Shown: positions 1-12,200 of the stretch, one piece after another
How the letters are laid out: each line of letters begins with the position of its first letter
Position numbering within the stretch: position 1 is the stretch's first letter
From: a virus
Taxonomy: Duplodnaviria; Caudoviricetes
DNA: 37,045 nucleotides
Virus record (IMG/VR): IMGVR_UViG_3300032285_002783
Location: 1-37,045 of that record
Direction: 5' to 3' (one strand)
Made by a program: the position numbers and the translations under genes
Notes under the pieces: model-generated
What the model was told of the DNA's origin: nothing
What the model saw: the letters and a program-made list of their open reading frames with translations, nothing else
Databases searched by the model: none

Positions 1-498
1 ATATGGTATTACGGCACATTAGGTAGAACTGCGTGGCTTGATTCAGGACTTAGAAACTACCCGCTTGCAGCTACCTACACCTATAACATTGTTAATCAAG
101 AGTATGGCAATGATGACGTAGAGACAGGTACATCTGCTGCAATTACTTCGTACATCTCTTCATGTGAATTTGACATTGATGACGGGGATAAGTTTGGGTT
201 TATGTGGAGGGTATTGCCTGACTTAACGTTCTCAGGCTCTGAAGGCTCAACAACTCCTGAAGTTACCTTTACTTTCTACCCCATGCAGAACTCAGGATCA
301 GGTACAGGCACAGGAGTAGCTCAATCTGTAAGTGAAGTAACCGCAGCCTCTTATACAGTCACACCAGAATTTACTGGGCAGATCAATACTAGGGTTAGAG
401 GTAGACAGTTAATTATGAAAGTTGGTTCAACCAATCTTGGTACGGCTTGGCAGCTTGGCGCTCCACGTATTGATATTCGCCCTGATGGGAGACGTTGA
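1..498 (+). CDS. C-terminal part of tail/DNA stabilisation protein (P22 gp10-like / tail tubular B-like), 5' truncated
   Basis: Frame 1 is open from base 1 (IWYYGTLGRTAWLDSG...FDIDDGDKFGFMWRVLPD...RIDIRPDGRR*); position just before the internal virion genes. Confidence 0.6.
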   Translation: MWYYGTLGRTAWLDSGLRNYPLAATYTYNIVNQEYGNDDVETGTSAAITSYISSCEFDIDDGDKFGFMWRVLPDLTFSGSEGSTTPEVTFTFYPMQNSGSGTGTGVAQSVSEVTAASYTVTPEFTGQINTRVRGRQLIMKVGSTNLGTAWQLGAPRIDIRPDGRR

Positions 499-680
499 TG
501 GCTATTCCTTCAAATGTTGTTGCCCCAAACTTACCGTTGCCTCCAGACGAGTATCAAAAGCTCGCCCAGCAAACATTAACAAATGTGTTGCGTTTGTACT
601 TTAATCAATTGGATACTTTTGATTCTATTGCAGTGGAACAAATGAACACAAATCAAACTTTAACTTGGTTATCGTTATGA
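495..680 (+). CDS. Small hypothetical virion-module protein
   Basis: Start overlaps the upstream stop; PNLPLPPDEY...LRLYFNQLD; sits in the structural operon. Confidence 0.6.
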   Translation: MMAIPSNVVAPNLPLPPDEYQKLAQQTLTNVLRLYFNQLDTFDSIAVEQMNTNQTLTWLSL

Positions 681-1012
681 ATTACCAAAATGTAACCCCA
701 ATAAAAATAGCATCAGCCGCAGTAACGGCTAGTTATGTTACTGTTTATACTGCCCCACTGCTGACCAGAACTTACTTAAAAAACATCAATGTTTGCAACA
801 CAACGGCTGGCGCTTTAACTATTTTTATATCCATAGTTCCAAAGTCGGGAACGGCTGGTACAGATAACGCTTTGTATTATGGCTATTCAATAGCTGCTAA
901 TACTACATTTATTTGGAGTGGCGTTCAGATTATGAATTCAGAGGATATGCTTCAAGTAAAAGGAAGTTCAACTGGGCTAACCATTATTGCTAGTGGTGGA
1001 GAGGCGGTATAA
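677..1012 (+). CDS. Hypothetical beta-rich virion protein
   Basis: ATGA overlap with the previous stop; abuts the next gene. Confidence 0.6.
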   Translation: MNYQNVTPIKIASAAVTASYVTVYTAPLLTRTYLKNINVCNTTAGALTIFISIVPKSGTAGTDNALYYGYSIAANTTFIWSGVQIMNSEDMLQVKGSSTGLTIIASGGEAV

Positions 1013-1960
1013 ATGGCAACAGTAAATATTGGTGGTAAAGAATACCCCGCAGGAACCATAGTAAATCCAAGTACGGGTCATATCATGCAACCCACTGGAA
1101 ACTTGGATGATAACCAACAACCAGAATATTTAGACCTTACGGGGTCTGAATACAATAAAACTCACCCCGGATCTGGTGGTGTATTCGGTGGATTTGTAGA
1201 TTCGGTCAAAGGTTTACCTCAAGGTCTACAAGGGTTATCCCCAATTCTCGCACCAGCAGCAATGTTAATTCCCGGGTTAGCACCAGTCTTAGCTGGTTTA
1301 AACGCTGCGGGTTCTTTGGCTAATGGGAAAGTAAACGCAAATACAGTTCTTAGTGCGTTAACTGCCGCTGGTGGTATGGGTAATACTTTTGGATTCAGTC
1401 CAGAAACTTTATCTAATATAAACACAGCAAAGAATGTAGCAGGCGGTGTAAACGCTTTGCAAACGGGGAACCTAGCTGGTTTGGCTAGTAGTTTAAATAA
1501 CTTTGTAGATGTTCTTCCATCTGGTTCTGTAGAGGCTACAAAAGTTTTAAACGGTATAGCATCATTGAAGAAGGGTGATACCGCAGGAGCCTTAAGTGCT
1601 TTGGCAAGTTTGACTGGAAGTCCAGATGTTGGTATAGCTTCTCAAGCTACAAATTTAATTAAATCAATACTGCCACAGTCTCCTAAACAACCTGCACAGC
1701 CAACTTTAGGTTTTGGACAGACTGCAAAACAACCTGATCAACCAACGGTGGGGTTTGGTCAAACTGCACCTGCCGCTTCCAATAATGGGGTAGCTAGTTT
1801 ACAATCAGGACAGACTTTAGTACATCCTTTAATGGCTAAAACTAAAACATTAAAGAGTATTTTTGGGGAAGAAAATCCTTATGAGGGAGCTAATCCTTAT
1901 GAAGGTGAGCAAATGTATACAGGTGGATCAGTGGGTCTGCCATCTCTTTTAAGGAGTTAA
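1013..1960 (+). CDS. Putative internal virion/ejection protein
   Basis: 315 aa, Gly/Ala-rich with a hydrophobic segment; GGAG RBS; position in podovirus core-protein module. Confidence 0.55.
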   Translation: MATVNIGGKEYPAGTIVNPSTGHIMQPTGNLDDNQQPEYLDLTGSEYNKTHPGSGGVFGGFVDSVKGLPQGLQGLSPILAPAAMLIPGLAPVLAGLNAAGSLANGKVNANTVLSALTAAGGMGNTFGFSPETLSNINTAKNVAGGVNALQTGNLAGLASSLNNFVDVLPSGSVEATKVLNGIASLKKGDTAGALSALASLTGSPDVGIASQATNLIKSILPQSPKQPAQPTLGFGQTAKQPDQPTVGFGQTAPAASNNGVASLQSGQTLVHPLMAKTKTLKSIFGEENPYEGANPYEGEQMYTGGSVGLPSLLRS

Positions 1961-1962
1961 TT

Positions 1963-4797
1963 ATGCCCGGTGATTACGACAATATAAGCTACACTCCAAT
2001 GAATTATACGTATGATAATCCATTGTCAGTACCCGCACCAATCACTCCAACTACCACTATTCCTGTTGCTTCAACATATGATGACTTGAGTGCATACGAC
2101 ACGGCTAATAAAGCAGGAGCGCCAACTGCTCCGTATGTTGCCCCTCAATTGTACTCAAATGGTAGTTTAAACACAGATGTTTTGCAAAACTCTACGTTTC
2201 AACCTACTGTACCCGGTCAAAATGCATCATCTGGTACTAATTTTCAAGACATTCTTAAAAACATTACTGGGTTTATTCAGCAGAACAAAGGTATTTTATC
2301 TGCTGGTGCTTTGGCATCTGCTTTATCTGGAGGCGGTGGCGGTGGCGGTGGTGGAAATGCCGTAGGCATTCCTAGCCTTGTAGCCAATAGGATGCAAGTC
2401 CCCGGAACCAATGATCCTTATAGAGTACCCGGAAGCTCTGGAAGGCAATACTTCACGGACACAATCTATTCTGATCCTAGTCAACAAACTACAGCACAGG
2501 GATTGATCCAAGCTCAAGCTCAAGCTATTGCGGCTAACCAACCCAACGCTCCTGTGCCTAGCTTTGCTATGCCATATAACAATATACGTGGTGGTATAAC
2601 TTCTTTGCCCACAACTCAAACGCAAATCCCTACAACCGCAGATTTGGCTTCCCAATTACAAAGTGCATACAGTGCAAACAATATTGGTGCGGTAAACAAT
2701 ATATTGGCAAAAAACAATCTTGATGCTACGGCATTACAAAAGTTAATCCCAACTATTACTCCCGGTGATTTGACTATGATTGCAAGTAAGGGTGTAAACA
2801 TACCTACTTTGCCTATAACACCTGCTGTAATTCCTGCTGTAACACCTGTTGTTGCGCCTTCAAAAACACCCGTTACACCTGTATCACCTGTTGTTCCGGC
2901 TACAGTTGCAACTGCTCCAGTTTCAGACCAATTAACTAAAGCTTGGGCGGGTGGTACAAAACCTGACGTGGCAACCATTAACAAGTTAATTACAGAAAAT
3001 AAACTTGATGTAACTGGATTGCAAAAAATGTTTCCCTCAATTGTTGCGGGTGACTTACAAGCTCTTACCACTGCGGGTGTAAACATACCCGGGTACACGC
3101 CTCCAGCAACTGGGGTGGCAAGCTTACCTGCCGCCACAACTGCCACAATCCCTGCCGCTTCAACAGGATATACACCTTACACACAGCAAGAAATACAACA
3201 GTATTTTGCTAATCCAGCAAACGCAGGTGTAAACGTAGATTATGTTACACAGCAGTTCCATGCTGATCCCGCCGCAGTGATGGCTGCTATTCAAGCTATG
3301 GCTCCAGCACCTAACAATGCTATGGCACAAGCGATGCAAACATACAATCCTTCCGCTCCTGCTCCTGTTGCTCCTGTTGCTCCAGCGTCTAATCCAATAG
3401 CAAGCACAATTCAATCCATGCAAGCAACTGGAGCAGATAACGTTTCTATTGCTTCTGCACTGATGAATCAAGGGTATACCCCAGCTCAAGTGATTGCTGT
3501 TACGGGAGCTGATACTGCACCTATTGTTCAACAAGCTTTTCAACAGGCATACAGCATGAATTATGATAATGCCGGAGGAGCCAAAGCTGGAGGTTTAATG
3601 GGTTATGCCGCTGGTGGAGGAACAAAACAACCTCGTTATCTTTCTGGTGACACAGATGGCATGGCAGATGAAATCAACACAACCATTGATGACAGAGAGC
3701 GTGCAAAGCTGAGTCATGGTGAGTTTGTTATTCCTGCTGACGTTGTCTCCCATATGGGTAATGGCAACTCTGATGCTGGAGCAAAGAAACTCTATGACAT
3801 GATGGCTAAGATTAGGAAAGCCAGAACAGGCAATCCTAAACAAGGCAAACAAATTAATCCAGATAAGTTTACTGGCGGTATTGCTGGTTATGCAATGGGT
3901 GGGAATGTCAAAGGATATGCGGGGACAGATGGTAGCACTGTATCTTCAGGGACTACATCCGGTATAGCAGGATTGACCAACACAGGCGGTCAAAGATCAG
4001 ATACATTGTCTTCTTACGTGGCTCCTTATGTAACTCAGATGCTGGGACAGGGTCAAGCTTTGGCTAATGCTCCTATGCAAACCTATCAAGGGCCATTAAC
4101 GGCGGGGCAATCTGCGTTGCAAAATCAACAGTTCGCAGGCTTATCTCAAATGGCGCAGACTGGTTATAACCCTATGGACTATCAATCTCAGGATTTTAAT
4201 CAAGAGCAAGCCCAGAAGTACATGAATCCCTACTTAAGTGCTTCATTGGCCCCGCAACTGTCTGAGCTACAGAGACAAGCGCAAATCAATAACACAATGG
4301 ATGCATCTAAATTAACAGGCGCAGGAGCCTATGGAGGAGGTCGCCAAGCTGTATTGATGGGTGAACAAAACCGTAATCTGTTAGACAAGAGCAATCAATT
4401 GATTGGTCAAGGTTACAACACAGCCTATAGCAATGCCATGTCTCAGTTCAATGCTGATCAAGCAAGGCAAGCCGCAGCTCAACAGAACACCGAGGCTTCT
4501 CGTCAGTTCAGCGCCAACCAAGGCATCAAGACTCTCGATATGTTGGGTCAAGCGGGTGCAACTCAACGGGATATTGCACAACAGGGTATCTCTGCTGATC
4601 AAGCGCAGTTCAAAGAACAACAGTTGTATCCATATCAACAGTTGGCATTCCAGCAGAGTTTATTGGGAGGATTGCCTATATCCACCGCAGTGACTACCCC
4701 TAATGATATGTCTGATACCGGAAAAATATTGGCTGGATTGGGTGTTGTAACCAATGACAAAACAATGGCTCAGTTAAAACAATTATTGGGTATTTAA
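1963..4797 (+). CDS. Putative internal virion/DNA ejection protein
   Basis: 944 aa, Ala/Gln/Pro/Thr-rich; DGMADEI...LSHGEFVIPADVVSHMGNGNSDAGAKKL block; Gln-rich helical C-terminus; AAGGAG RBS. Confidence 0.6.
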   Translation: MPGDYDNISYTPMNYTYDNPLSVPAPITPTTTIPVASTYDDLSAYDTANKAGAPTAPYVAPQLYSNGSLNTDVLQNSTFQPTVPGQNASSGTNFQDILKNITGFIQQNKGILSAGALASALSGGGGGGGGGNAVGIPSLVANRMQVPGTNDPYRVPGSSGRQYFTDTIYSDPSQQTTAQGLIQAQAQAIAANQPNAPVPSFAMPYNNIRGGITSLPTTQTQIPTTADLASQLQSAYSANNIGAVNNILAKNNLDATALQKLIPTITPGDLTMIASKGVNIPTLPITPAVIPAVTPVVAPSKTPVTPVSPVVPATVATAPVSDQLTKAWAGGTKPDVATINKLITENKLDVTGLQKMFPSIVAGDLQALTTAGVNIPGYTPPATGVASLPAATTATIPAASTGYTPYTQQEIQQYFANPANAGVNVDYVTQQFHADPAAVMAAIQAMAPAPNNAMAQAMQTYNPSAPAPVAPVAPASNPIASTIQSMQATGADNVSIASALMNQGYTPAQVIAVTGADTAPIVQQAFQQAYSMNYDNAGGAKAGGLMGYAAGGGTKQPRYLSGDTDGMADEINTTIDDRERAKLSHGEFVIPADVVSHMGNGNSDAGAKKLYDMMAKIRKARTGNPKQGKQINPDKFTGGIAGYAMGGNVKGYAGTDGSTVSSGTTSGIAGLTNTGGQRSDTLSSYVAPYVTQMLGQGQALANAPMQTYQGPLTAGQSALQNQQFAGLSQMAQTGYNPMDYQSQDFNQEQAQKYMNPYLSASLAPQLSELQRQAQINNTMDASKLTGAGAYGGGRQAVLMGEQNRNLLDKSNQLIGQGYNTAYSNAMSQFNADQARQAAAQQNTEASRQFSANQGIKTLDMLGQAGATQRDIAQQGISADQAQFKEQQLYPYQQLAFQQSLLGGLPISTAVTTPNDMSDTGKILAGLGVVTNDKTMAQLKQLLGI

Positions 4798-4806
4798 GGA
4801 ATAAAT

Positions 4807-6237
4807 ATGTACCAAGATCCAAGAAAAGACATTGGGGAGATGACCCACGGATTAAAGTCTTTGGCTTCTCATATTACAACGCCAGAACAAAAGACAGCCT
4901 TTGAAGCTTATCTTCGTAAGTTATCTAATGACCCGAGCGTTCCACAGGATATGAAATTTATCCCACTTGGATTCTTGGATAGTTTACAATCAGCTCCACC
5001 TGTGTCACCTCCTCAAGGCACAGTGAAAGATAAGATTGAAGGTCAATTGATGGCTCAAAATACTAATCCAGTTGGTATAGCGGCAAACATGCCGCAGATG
5101 CAGCCACGTGGGCCACAACCTCAACAACCTCAACAACAACCCCCTCAAGCTTTATATGAGGGCGGTGTAGCCCAATTACCCGTATCTAATTCAATGTACA
5201 ACTTTAGAGAAGGTGGCATTATTGGGTATGCAGGAGGCGGTATGACCGCCAGAGGAATGATTGAAGAGGCTTTTAATCAATACAAAGCTTACAAACCAGA
5301 AGCCCCGGTAGACTTTGATGCGTTTAAACAGCAATACATAGCAGCCCACCCGGAAGCTACAGCTTTAGCTAAACCCGTTGGTGAAACTATGGGTAAATAC
5401 CTAGAGGAACAAATCCTTAGAGATAAAGCTGAACACGAAAGACAAACAGGCGAAGTAAGTAAACAAAACCAAAACTTGGCATTGTCCAATGCTTTGCTTG
5501 CTGCCGCTCAACAAACCCGTGGTACAAAAGGTTTGGGAAGCTTAGGGCCAGCTTTGGCAGGATTTGGCACGGTCATGAATGAATCCACCGCAGCCGAAGA
5601 ACAACGTTTAAGCGGTTTAAACGCTAAGAAGCGTGAGCAAGACATGATAATTGCTAAGTACAAAAACGAATTAGAAACTGCACAAAGAGCGGCGGCTGAA
5701 GGCGATATGACCAAGTCTCTTGAGTCAAGAAACAAAGCCATTCAAACAGCAAATGAAGCCAAGAAAATGGGTATTGACCTTGCCATGCATCTTGCTACGC
5801 CATTGGCTCAGTTGGATTCTTCAGCAATGATGGCAAACAAAGCACATGCTGTACCTGAAAGCATTCAACTTGCTACAGCTTTGATGAAAGAAAATCCAAA
5901 ATTAACATTTGATAACGCTCTTGAAAGAGTCAAAGTGCTTGGAGCCGCTGGTCAATTGGGTTCTGTGGAGCAACAAAAATTTGCTACCATACTCAAAGAA
6001 AGAGACAAAGTTGATAACGATAGTGCTATTAAAATTGGCATGATGGCAAAAGAAGGTACTCCACAACGTATAGCGGCTGAAACAGAAAAAGCTAAAAGAT
6101 ACAAAGCTATTGATGATTATGCCGATAGCATGTTTGGCGGCAAAAAAACTGAAGTCCCTGCTCCCACTCCTACGGCTGGGCCGGGTGGTTTGCCAACCAC
6201 ATTGAATTATGATGCAAAAGGCAACAGAATAGGTTAA
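4807..6237 (+). CDS. Putative internal virion protein (coiled-coil)
   Basis: 476 aa, helical A/K/E-rich; AAGGA RBS; precedes the giant virion protein. Confidence 0.55.
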   Translation: MYQDPRKDIGEMTHGLKSLASHITTPEQKTAFEAYLRKLSNDPSVPQDMKFIPLGFLDSLQSAPPVSPPQGTVKDKIEGQLMAQNTNPVGIAANMPQMQPRGPQPQQPQQQPPQALYEGGVAQLPVSNSMYNFREGGIIGYAGGGMTARGMIEEAFNQYKAYKPEAPVDFDAFKQQYIAAHPEATALAKPVGETMGKYLEEQILRDKAEHERQTGEVSKQNQNLALSNALLAAAQQTRGTKGLGSLGPALAGFGTVMNESTAAEEQRLSGLNAKKREQDMIIAKYKNELETAQRAAAEGDMTKSLESRNKAIQTANEAKKMGIDLAMHLATPLAQLDSSAMMANKAHAVPESIQLATALMKENPKLTFDNALERVKVLGAAGQLGSVEQQKFATILKERDKVDNDSAIKIGMMAKEGTPQRIAAETEKAKRYKAIDDYADSMFGGKKTEVPAPTPTAGPGGLPTTLNYDAKGNRIG

Positions 6238-6240
6238 TCT

Positions 6241-9200
6241 ATGCAAGCTCGTTTGGCAGATGGTAGGATATTAAACTTCCCCGATGGCACTGACCCAAGT
6301 GTTATAGATGCCGCCGTCAAAAAGGTAATAGCTAACCCGTTTTCTGCTTACACAGAGCAAGAATTAGAGAATGCCCCAAGGGTCAAAGGCACAACAGGTG
6401 ACATAGCCAGAGAGACTGGTCAGGGTGTTCTGGGTGGCATTCAATCTTTAACAGATCTTTTTGGTGCAAACAACTTTGCATCTAAGTATTTACAAGAGAA
6501 GAGCCAAGGTTTAGCCGCAGGCTTAACGCCAGAGCGTCAACAAGAACTTCAGATTGAGCAAGAACTTTCCAAGCGGGCTGAAGGGGACACCTTTAAAGAG
6601 ATAACAACTGGTCTCAAAAATGTTCTGCGTCATCCGTTTACATCTGTTGCATCCGGTCTAGGTTCTAGCGTTCCGCTTATTGCGGGGACAATTTTGGCTC
6701 CAGAGGCGGCTGTTGGACGGGCGGCTTTAGGTATAGGTTCCCTGATGGGGCTTGGCGGGCAGAAGGGTCAGAACTATCAGGCAGTCTATGACGAAGCCAT
6801 TAGACAGAACAAAACCCCACAAGAAGCCGAAGCTCTTGCTCAGAAAGCGCAGGAATACAGTTTACAAAATGCACCGGGTCTAGCTTTTGGTGCGGGGCTT
6901 GGAGCGCTTGAAGGAGCGGCAGGTGCTGGAGCTAGGATTGGTAAGTTCTTTAACCCTGCGCAGGCAGTGGAAGGAGCTTCTAGAGGCATAGCTGCCCCGA
7001 CCTTTGGCAAAGCATTGGGCAAGGCATCCCTAGAGGGCGGTGGTACTGAGTTCTTACAAGGATCAGGCGCACAGGTGGCGGCTAACATGGCTTTAAGCCA
7101 AGCTGGTTTTGACACTCCATTGTTGCAAGGTGCATTTGGCGCAGGCGCTCATGATGCTTTGATTGGAACTTTGACGGGTGCGGCAGTCTCTCCAATGCAA
7201 CTCAGCAATATGAAGCGTGAGTACGATCAGGATCAAGTCAAAAAGCTCTTTGAAGACAATGAGAAAGCCGCCAAAGAGAAAGAAGCCACTCAAGCCAAGT
7301 TCAATAAAGAAATGGGTGTTAAGCCAGAGATACTTGCTTTACCTGCCCCTGCTCAAGAAATTACAGAGAAACCTACAGACAAGTTAAAGAATCCTTTAGG
7401 GAACTTTACCCCGGAGGAGCTTGGCCCTGAGCGTGTAAACGCTATAGACGAACATCGTGCTGCAAACAACAAGCCTCCCCTTAAAACATATTCCATCGAA
7501 GACATTGTTGATGCAATGCCAAAGACTGCACCAGAAGCAGAACGTGCCGCTTTAAACGAGTTAGTTGCCAACAAAGCAGGTTCTACATTTGGTTATAGTA
7601 ATCAAAAAGTATCCGCACAAGATGTGTTGAACGCCGCAACTCAAAAGGGTATTGACACAGACACACAGGGATTTAAAGACTTCCTTACCAGAGCTACGGG
7701 ATTACCCTCGATTGGTACAGAAGAAAAAGCGGCAACTGCTGAAGCTTATAAGAATAAACCATTAGGTTTGTCTGAGCTTGACATGATGACCGATGCACAA
7801 AGGTTTGTAGCACAACAATCATTACTTAAATTACCTACCAAAGAGGGCGAAACAACCATTCTACCCACGGGTACTAACGCCACACACTACGATCAAGATC
7901 AATATCTAAAAGCTCTTGGAGCCGTAGATGCGTTGCACAATAAGGGTAAACCCGCAACGCAAGCAGAAGCTTTGGGTGAGATTAAGAAATCCACCGGATT
8001 GACCAGAGATGAAGATGCTCAGTATTTATTAAGAGATGCTGTTCGCCGTGGTGACTTTGATTTAAACGAGAACGATGAAATTGTTCCCGCTGAGACTGCA
8101 ACTTATTTACCAGAAGGTCATAGGATTGAAGAGACTAGCCTTAAAGAAGGCGAAGCACCTGAGAACTATGAAGTCAAAGCTGGGGACAAGGTACTTAGTA
8201 CCGCTCCAACTGAAGCTGAAGCACAGGCAAAACTTGAAAGATACAAGGCTGTTAGAGAGAAAGACTCTGCGGATATTGACAAAGAAATTGCTGAGAAACA
8301 AAAGGCAGTTGAGAAGTCCAATGAGAATGTGGAGAAAATGGAAGCCCGTGGGTTGGGCAGAACTCCTGAGTATCAAAAAGCATCTGCTGCTCATGCGAAT
8401 TTGGTGCAGCAAACCAATAAAGAAATAGGTGATTTAAACAGGGACAAAGCTGAGTTAGATTCAACTCAATTGACGGTTAAGGCAGGCGGAATCAAGCCTG
8501 TTAAACGCAAGACGTTTAAACTGCACAAAGCCAAAGCAGGCGAAGCTGCCACGCAAGTTGGTTCATATCCCACCCGCCAAGCCGCTGAACAAGCTATTAC
8601 ATCAAACATGTCTGAGTCTGAGCTAGAAGACTTGGCTAAAGACACACGCAGACGTACTTTGGCTCGAAGAGCCAGACAGGAACTTAACGAGCGCAGGACA
8701 GAGAAGATCAAGGTTAGAAGAGAGTTTAAACAAGTCTCTGGCGACATAGCCAAAGAGCTTGAATCTTTCCTAGCCAAGATTGGTTTAAAAGGTGTGGGTC
8801 TAAAGTTGATGAGTACCCTTGGTGGATCCGAGGGTGAGTACGCTCAGAGACTTATTCAAATTGCTCTAGATGTTAAGAACCCTTTGGGAGTTCTGCGTCA
8901 TGAGTCTATCCACGCTCTTAAAGATCTAGGGTTCTTCTCTGATAACCAATGGAACGCCCTGCGCCGTATGGCTAAGGACAAATGGATCAAACAGTTCATG
9001 AAGGATGTACCCTATAGCGAGGGTGTATCTCGATATGATGCTTATAAAACTAAGTTTGATGCCAATCCACCTGCCGGAGTGACATTCCAAGAGTACATTG
9101 AAGAAGAAGCTATTGCTGATGCCTTTAGGTATTTCCATGAGAATGGAACTCCACCCGGGATGATTGCTGCTATCCTTAAGCGTTTAAACCAATTCTTTGA

Positions 9201-12200
9201 AGCCCTCCGCAATGCTTTAAACAATGGTGGGTTCTACACATCAGATGACATCTTTGAGAAGATTGAGAAGGGTGAGCTTGTATCTTCTAAACAAGGCACA
9301 GGAGAAACTAAGGCAAGCCTCAAGACTCCATTGTCTACCAGAGAGATCATGGAGCAGAACGATCAGTTTGCTCAGGCAGAACTTGGTTTAAACACAGAAA
9401 AAGTTAAAGGCAAAACTGGTGTAAACAACGTCAGAGATATTGCTAAGGCTTTAAACGCACAGACAGTTGGTGAAGAGGGCGCAATGAACCGCCTAAGCCA
9501 CACCGTTAAAGATGAAGACAGAATTGCAAAAGCAATGGCTGACGAAGTTGGTTATCAATTAAGAGCTACTGCTAAGACAGGAACAGGTTTAGGGTGGTAC
9601 TCCAATAACTATCCCAACGCAGTCAAAATGTTATCTCGTAGATTCCCAGAGCTTGAGAACAACAAACATGCTAGATCGGTATTTTCTGCGCTTGTTGCTG
9701 TAACTTCTAACGGGGAAAGAGTAGCTAAGAACATTGACAATGCAATTAAATTGTATTCAAAGCTTAGAGATGGTAAACCTTTGGTTGCTATGGGCAACCG
9801 CCGTGCGTCTGCTTTGGATAAAAATTTAATAAACATTGAAAACTTATTACGTAAGTACGGCACTGATTTTGAGAAGGAATTACTTAAAGAAATCACTGTT
9901 AAAGACATGAATGCATATCTGCGTTCTATTGGTGAAGAATCAGATGCCAGCTACTTAGCTAATACGGTCATTCCATCAGCCGCTATTCACTTTGGCCCTA
10001 AGCTTGGCGCTTTCTACGCCAACCTGTCCGGTTCAGAGGGTTACCTCACAATGGATTTGTGGTGGACTAGATCTATCAACCGTATGCGTGGTTTGTTAAT
10101 ACCAAAGGCTACAAAAGCATCTCTTGATAAGTTTAGAGAAATGCTTGATATGCCTGACGCAAGCGTTAATGATTTGGTTGAAGAGTCTATTCCACTAAGA
10201 AACATATACGAAGAGAATGGTTTTGTAACTGATCTTGAGTTTCTTGCTGGTGGTAAAGAACCTGCCAAGAAAGTTCTTAAAGAAGCATGGTTTAAACGAG
10301 CTGAAGCCGCTGCTGGTGATGCCTACGATCAATTCTTGTTTGAACACAATTTACTTAAGATGGCTAACACCATCTATAAGAATGAATTTGAAATGTTGGA
10401 AGAAGCTCCATTCTCTGCAACAGATAGAGCTTTCATGTACAAGGCGGCACGTAAGGCCCAAGCTTTACTGCGTGGTGAAGGAGTTGACTTAACTCTTGCA
10501 GACATACAAGCCGCCCTGTGGTACTATGAAAAACGTTTATATGCAAAACTTAGCGGGAGGAAAGCAGATGACATCGGATACGAAGAAGCCATTATCAAAC
10601 AAGCCAATCAGGGTAATAGATCCGTCAGACCCAGTGTGGTCTTCACTGGACAACAAAACGGCGGGAATGTCTCCACAGGAGCGGTTCAACTTTCTGGACA
10701 ACCTAGTTCAGCAACTGTCAAAGCCAGTCTCAAAGGAATAGTAGCAGAGGTTGCACCGAACCCTGACCAAGAGGTAGCCGCCCGTTGGCGCTTAATGAAC
10801 AGCGCAGACAAACAACAAACCACTGAGGTGGTTGCTCGCCGTGTCATACCCAAGTTATTTGATGACATGGGTTTTAAGGGCTGGTCTTACAACATTTCTT
10901 CTGGACGTTATGAGGGTGAGCAAAACCCCAACATCATCATCAGTGCGCCGGATAGTGCAACTGACGAAGAGTTAAATGAATTTGCTAAAGTTATAGGTAA
11001 TGTATTTGACCAGAAGGCTATGGTTACCTATGACGAAGACAACACAACGTCAGACTCTCAAAATGGATTTGTATCAGTCATCATTCCAAATGGAATGGAT
11101 GATCAAACATTAACCAATCTTAGAGATCATATTGCCAAGGAAGTGCCTGAAGCAAATGCAGATACAGTACGTGATGGAAAGATTCACTTTGGAAACTTCT
11201 CTAAGTACACAGACAATGAAATTTCTGATGAACAATATTACAACAATATAAAAGATGCTATTGCTAATTTTGATTACGATGGTATTATTGATGTTCAAAA
11301 ACCAATTCAATTCCATAGCGAGTTGATTGAACCTACAAACAGGGAAGAGTATTTAGAAGGAACAAGATATGGCACAGATCAGGGAAGTAGAGAGAAAGCC
11401 GGGGGAGACGATCTTTGGAGGCAAGGGCGTAATAGGCTTGAAGCCGTTTCAGAAGATGCAATCAAACTCAGGAACAATTGGATTGAGTCCAGAACAAAGT
11501 CTAGCGAGGGCGGCAGAAGCGGCGCTACTACGTTCCCCAATGTTGAAACCGAATACGGAACACCAATAGAGAATGCGTCAAGCGCAGTCGGTGTACATTT
11601 TAGCAAGCAAAAACGTGGCACTATCGTATCTAAGTTCTATGGCACTGGTCTTAAAGGACTAGAAGGAAAACGTCTTAGTGAACCCGCTAACAAAGACATC
11701 AAAGACCGTATCTACTTTTATGTAGATAAAGGCAAAGGTATTGTTCCTGAATCAGGAGTTGGTAACGCAGCTCATGTAGTGCGTTTAAACAATCTTTACG
11801 ACACAGTCAAAGATCCACTTAAGATTATTAAAAACAATAAAGGTGAAACTGAAAACGATCGTGCATCTAACCTAGAGCGTAATATAAAGAATGCAGGGTT
11901 TGATGGATATGTATTCATGGATCCATTGCAAAGCCAAGGCTATGCCGTATTGGTTGGCGACCATAACATATCTGTACCACCAAGCAGAGCCAGCCTAAAG
12001 GCTCCAGAAACTCCTGCGTTTAAACGTTTCTTTGGCGACAGCAAGATAACCAATGAGAACGGTGAGCCAATGGTTATGTACCATGCCACCAATTCAGACT
12101 TCAATGTATTCAACCGCTCTGATGACGGCAAGCTGGGTGAAGGTATATACAGTACGTCTATACCTGAGTATGCAAATGAGTTTGCCCCAAAGGGCAACAT

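Noticed and set aside
2329-2356. GGC/GGT repeat
   Set aside because: A poly-Gly coding linker with period 3
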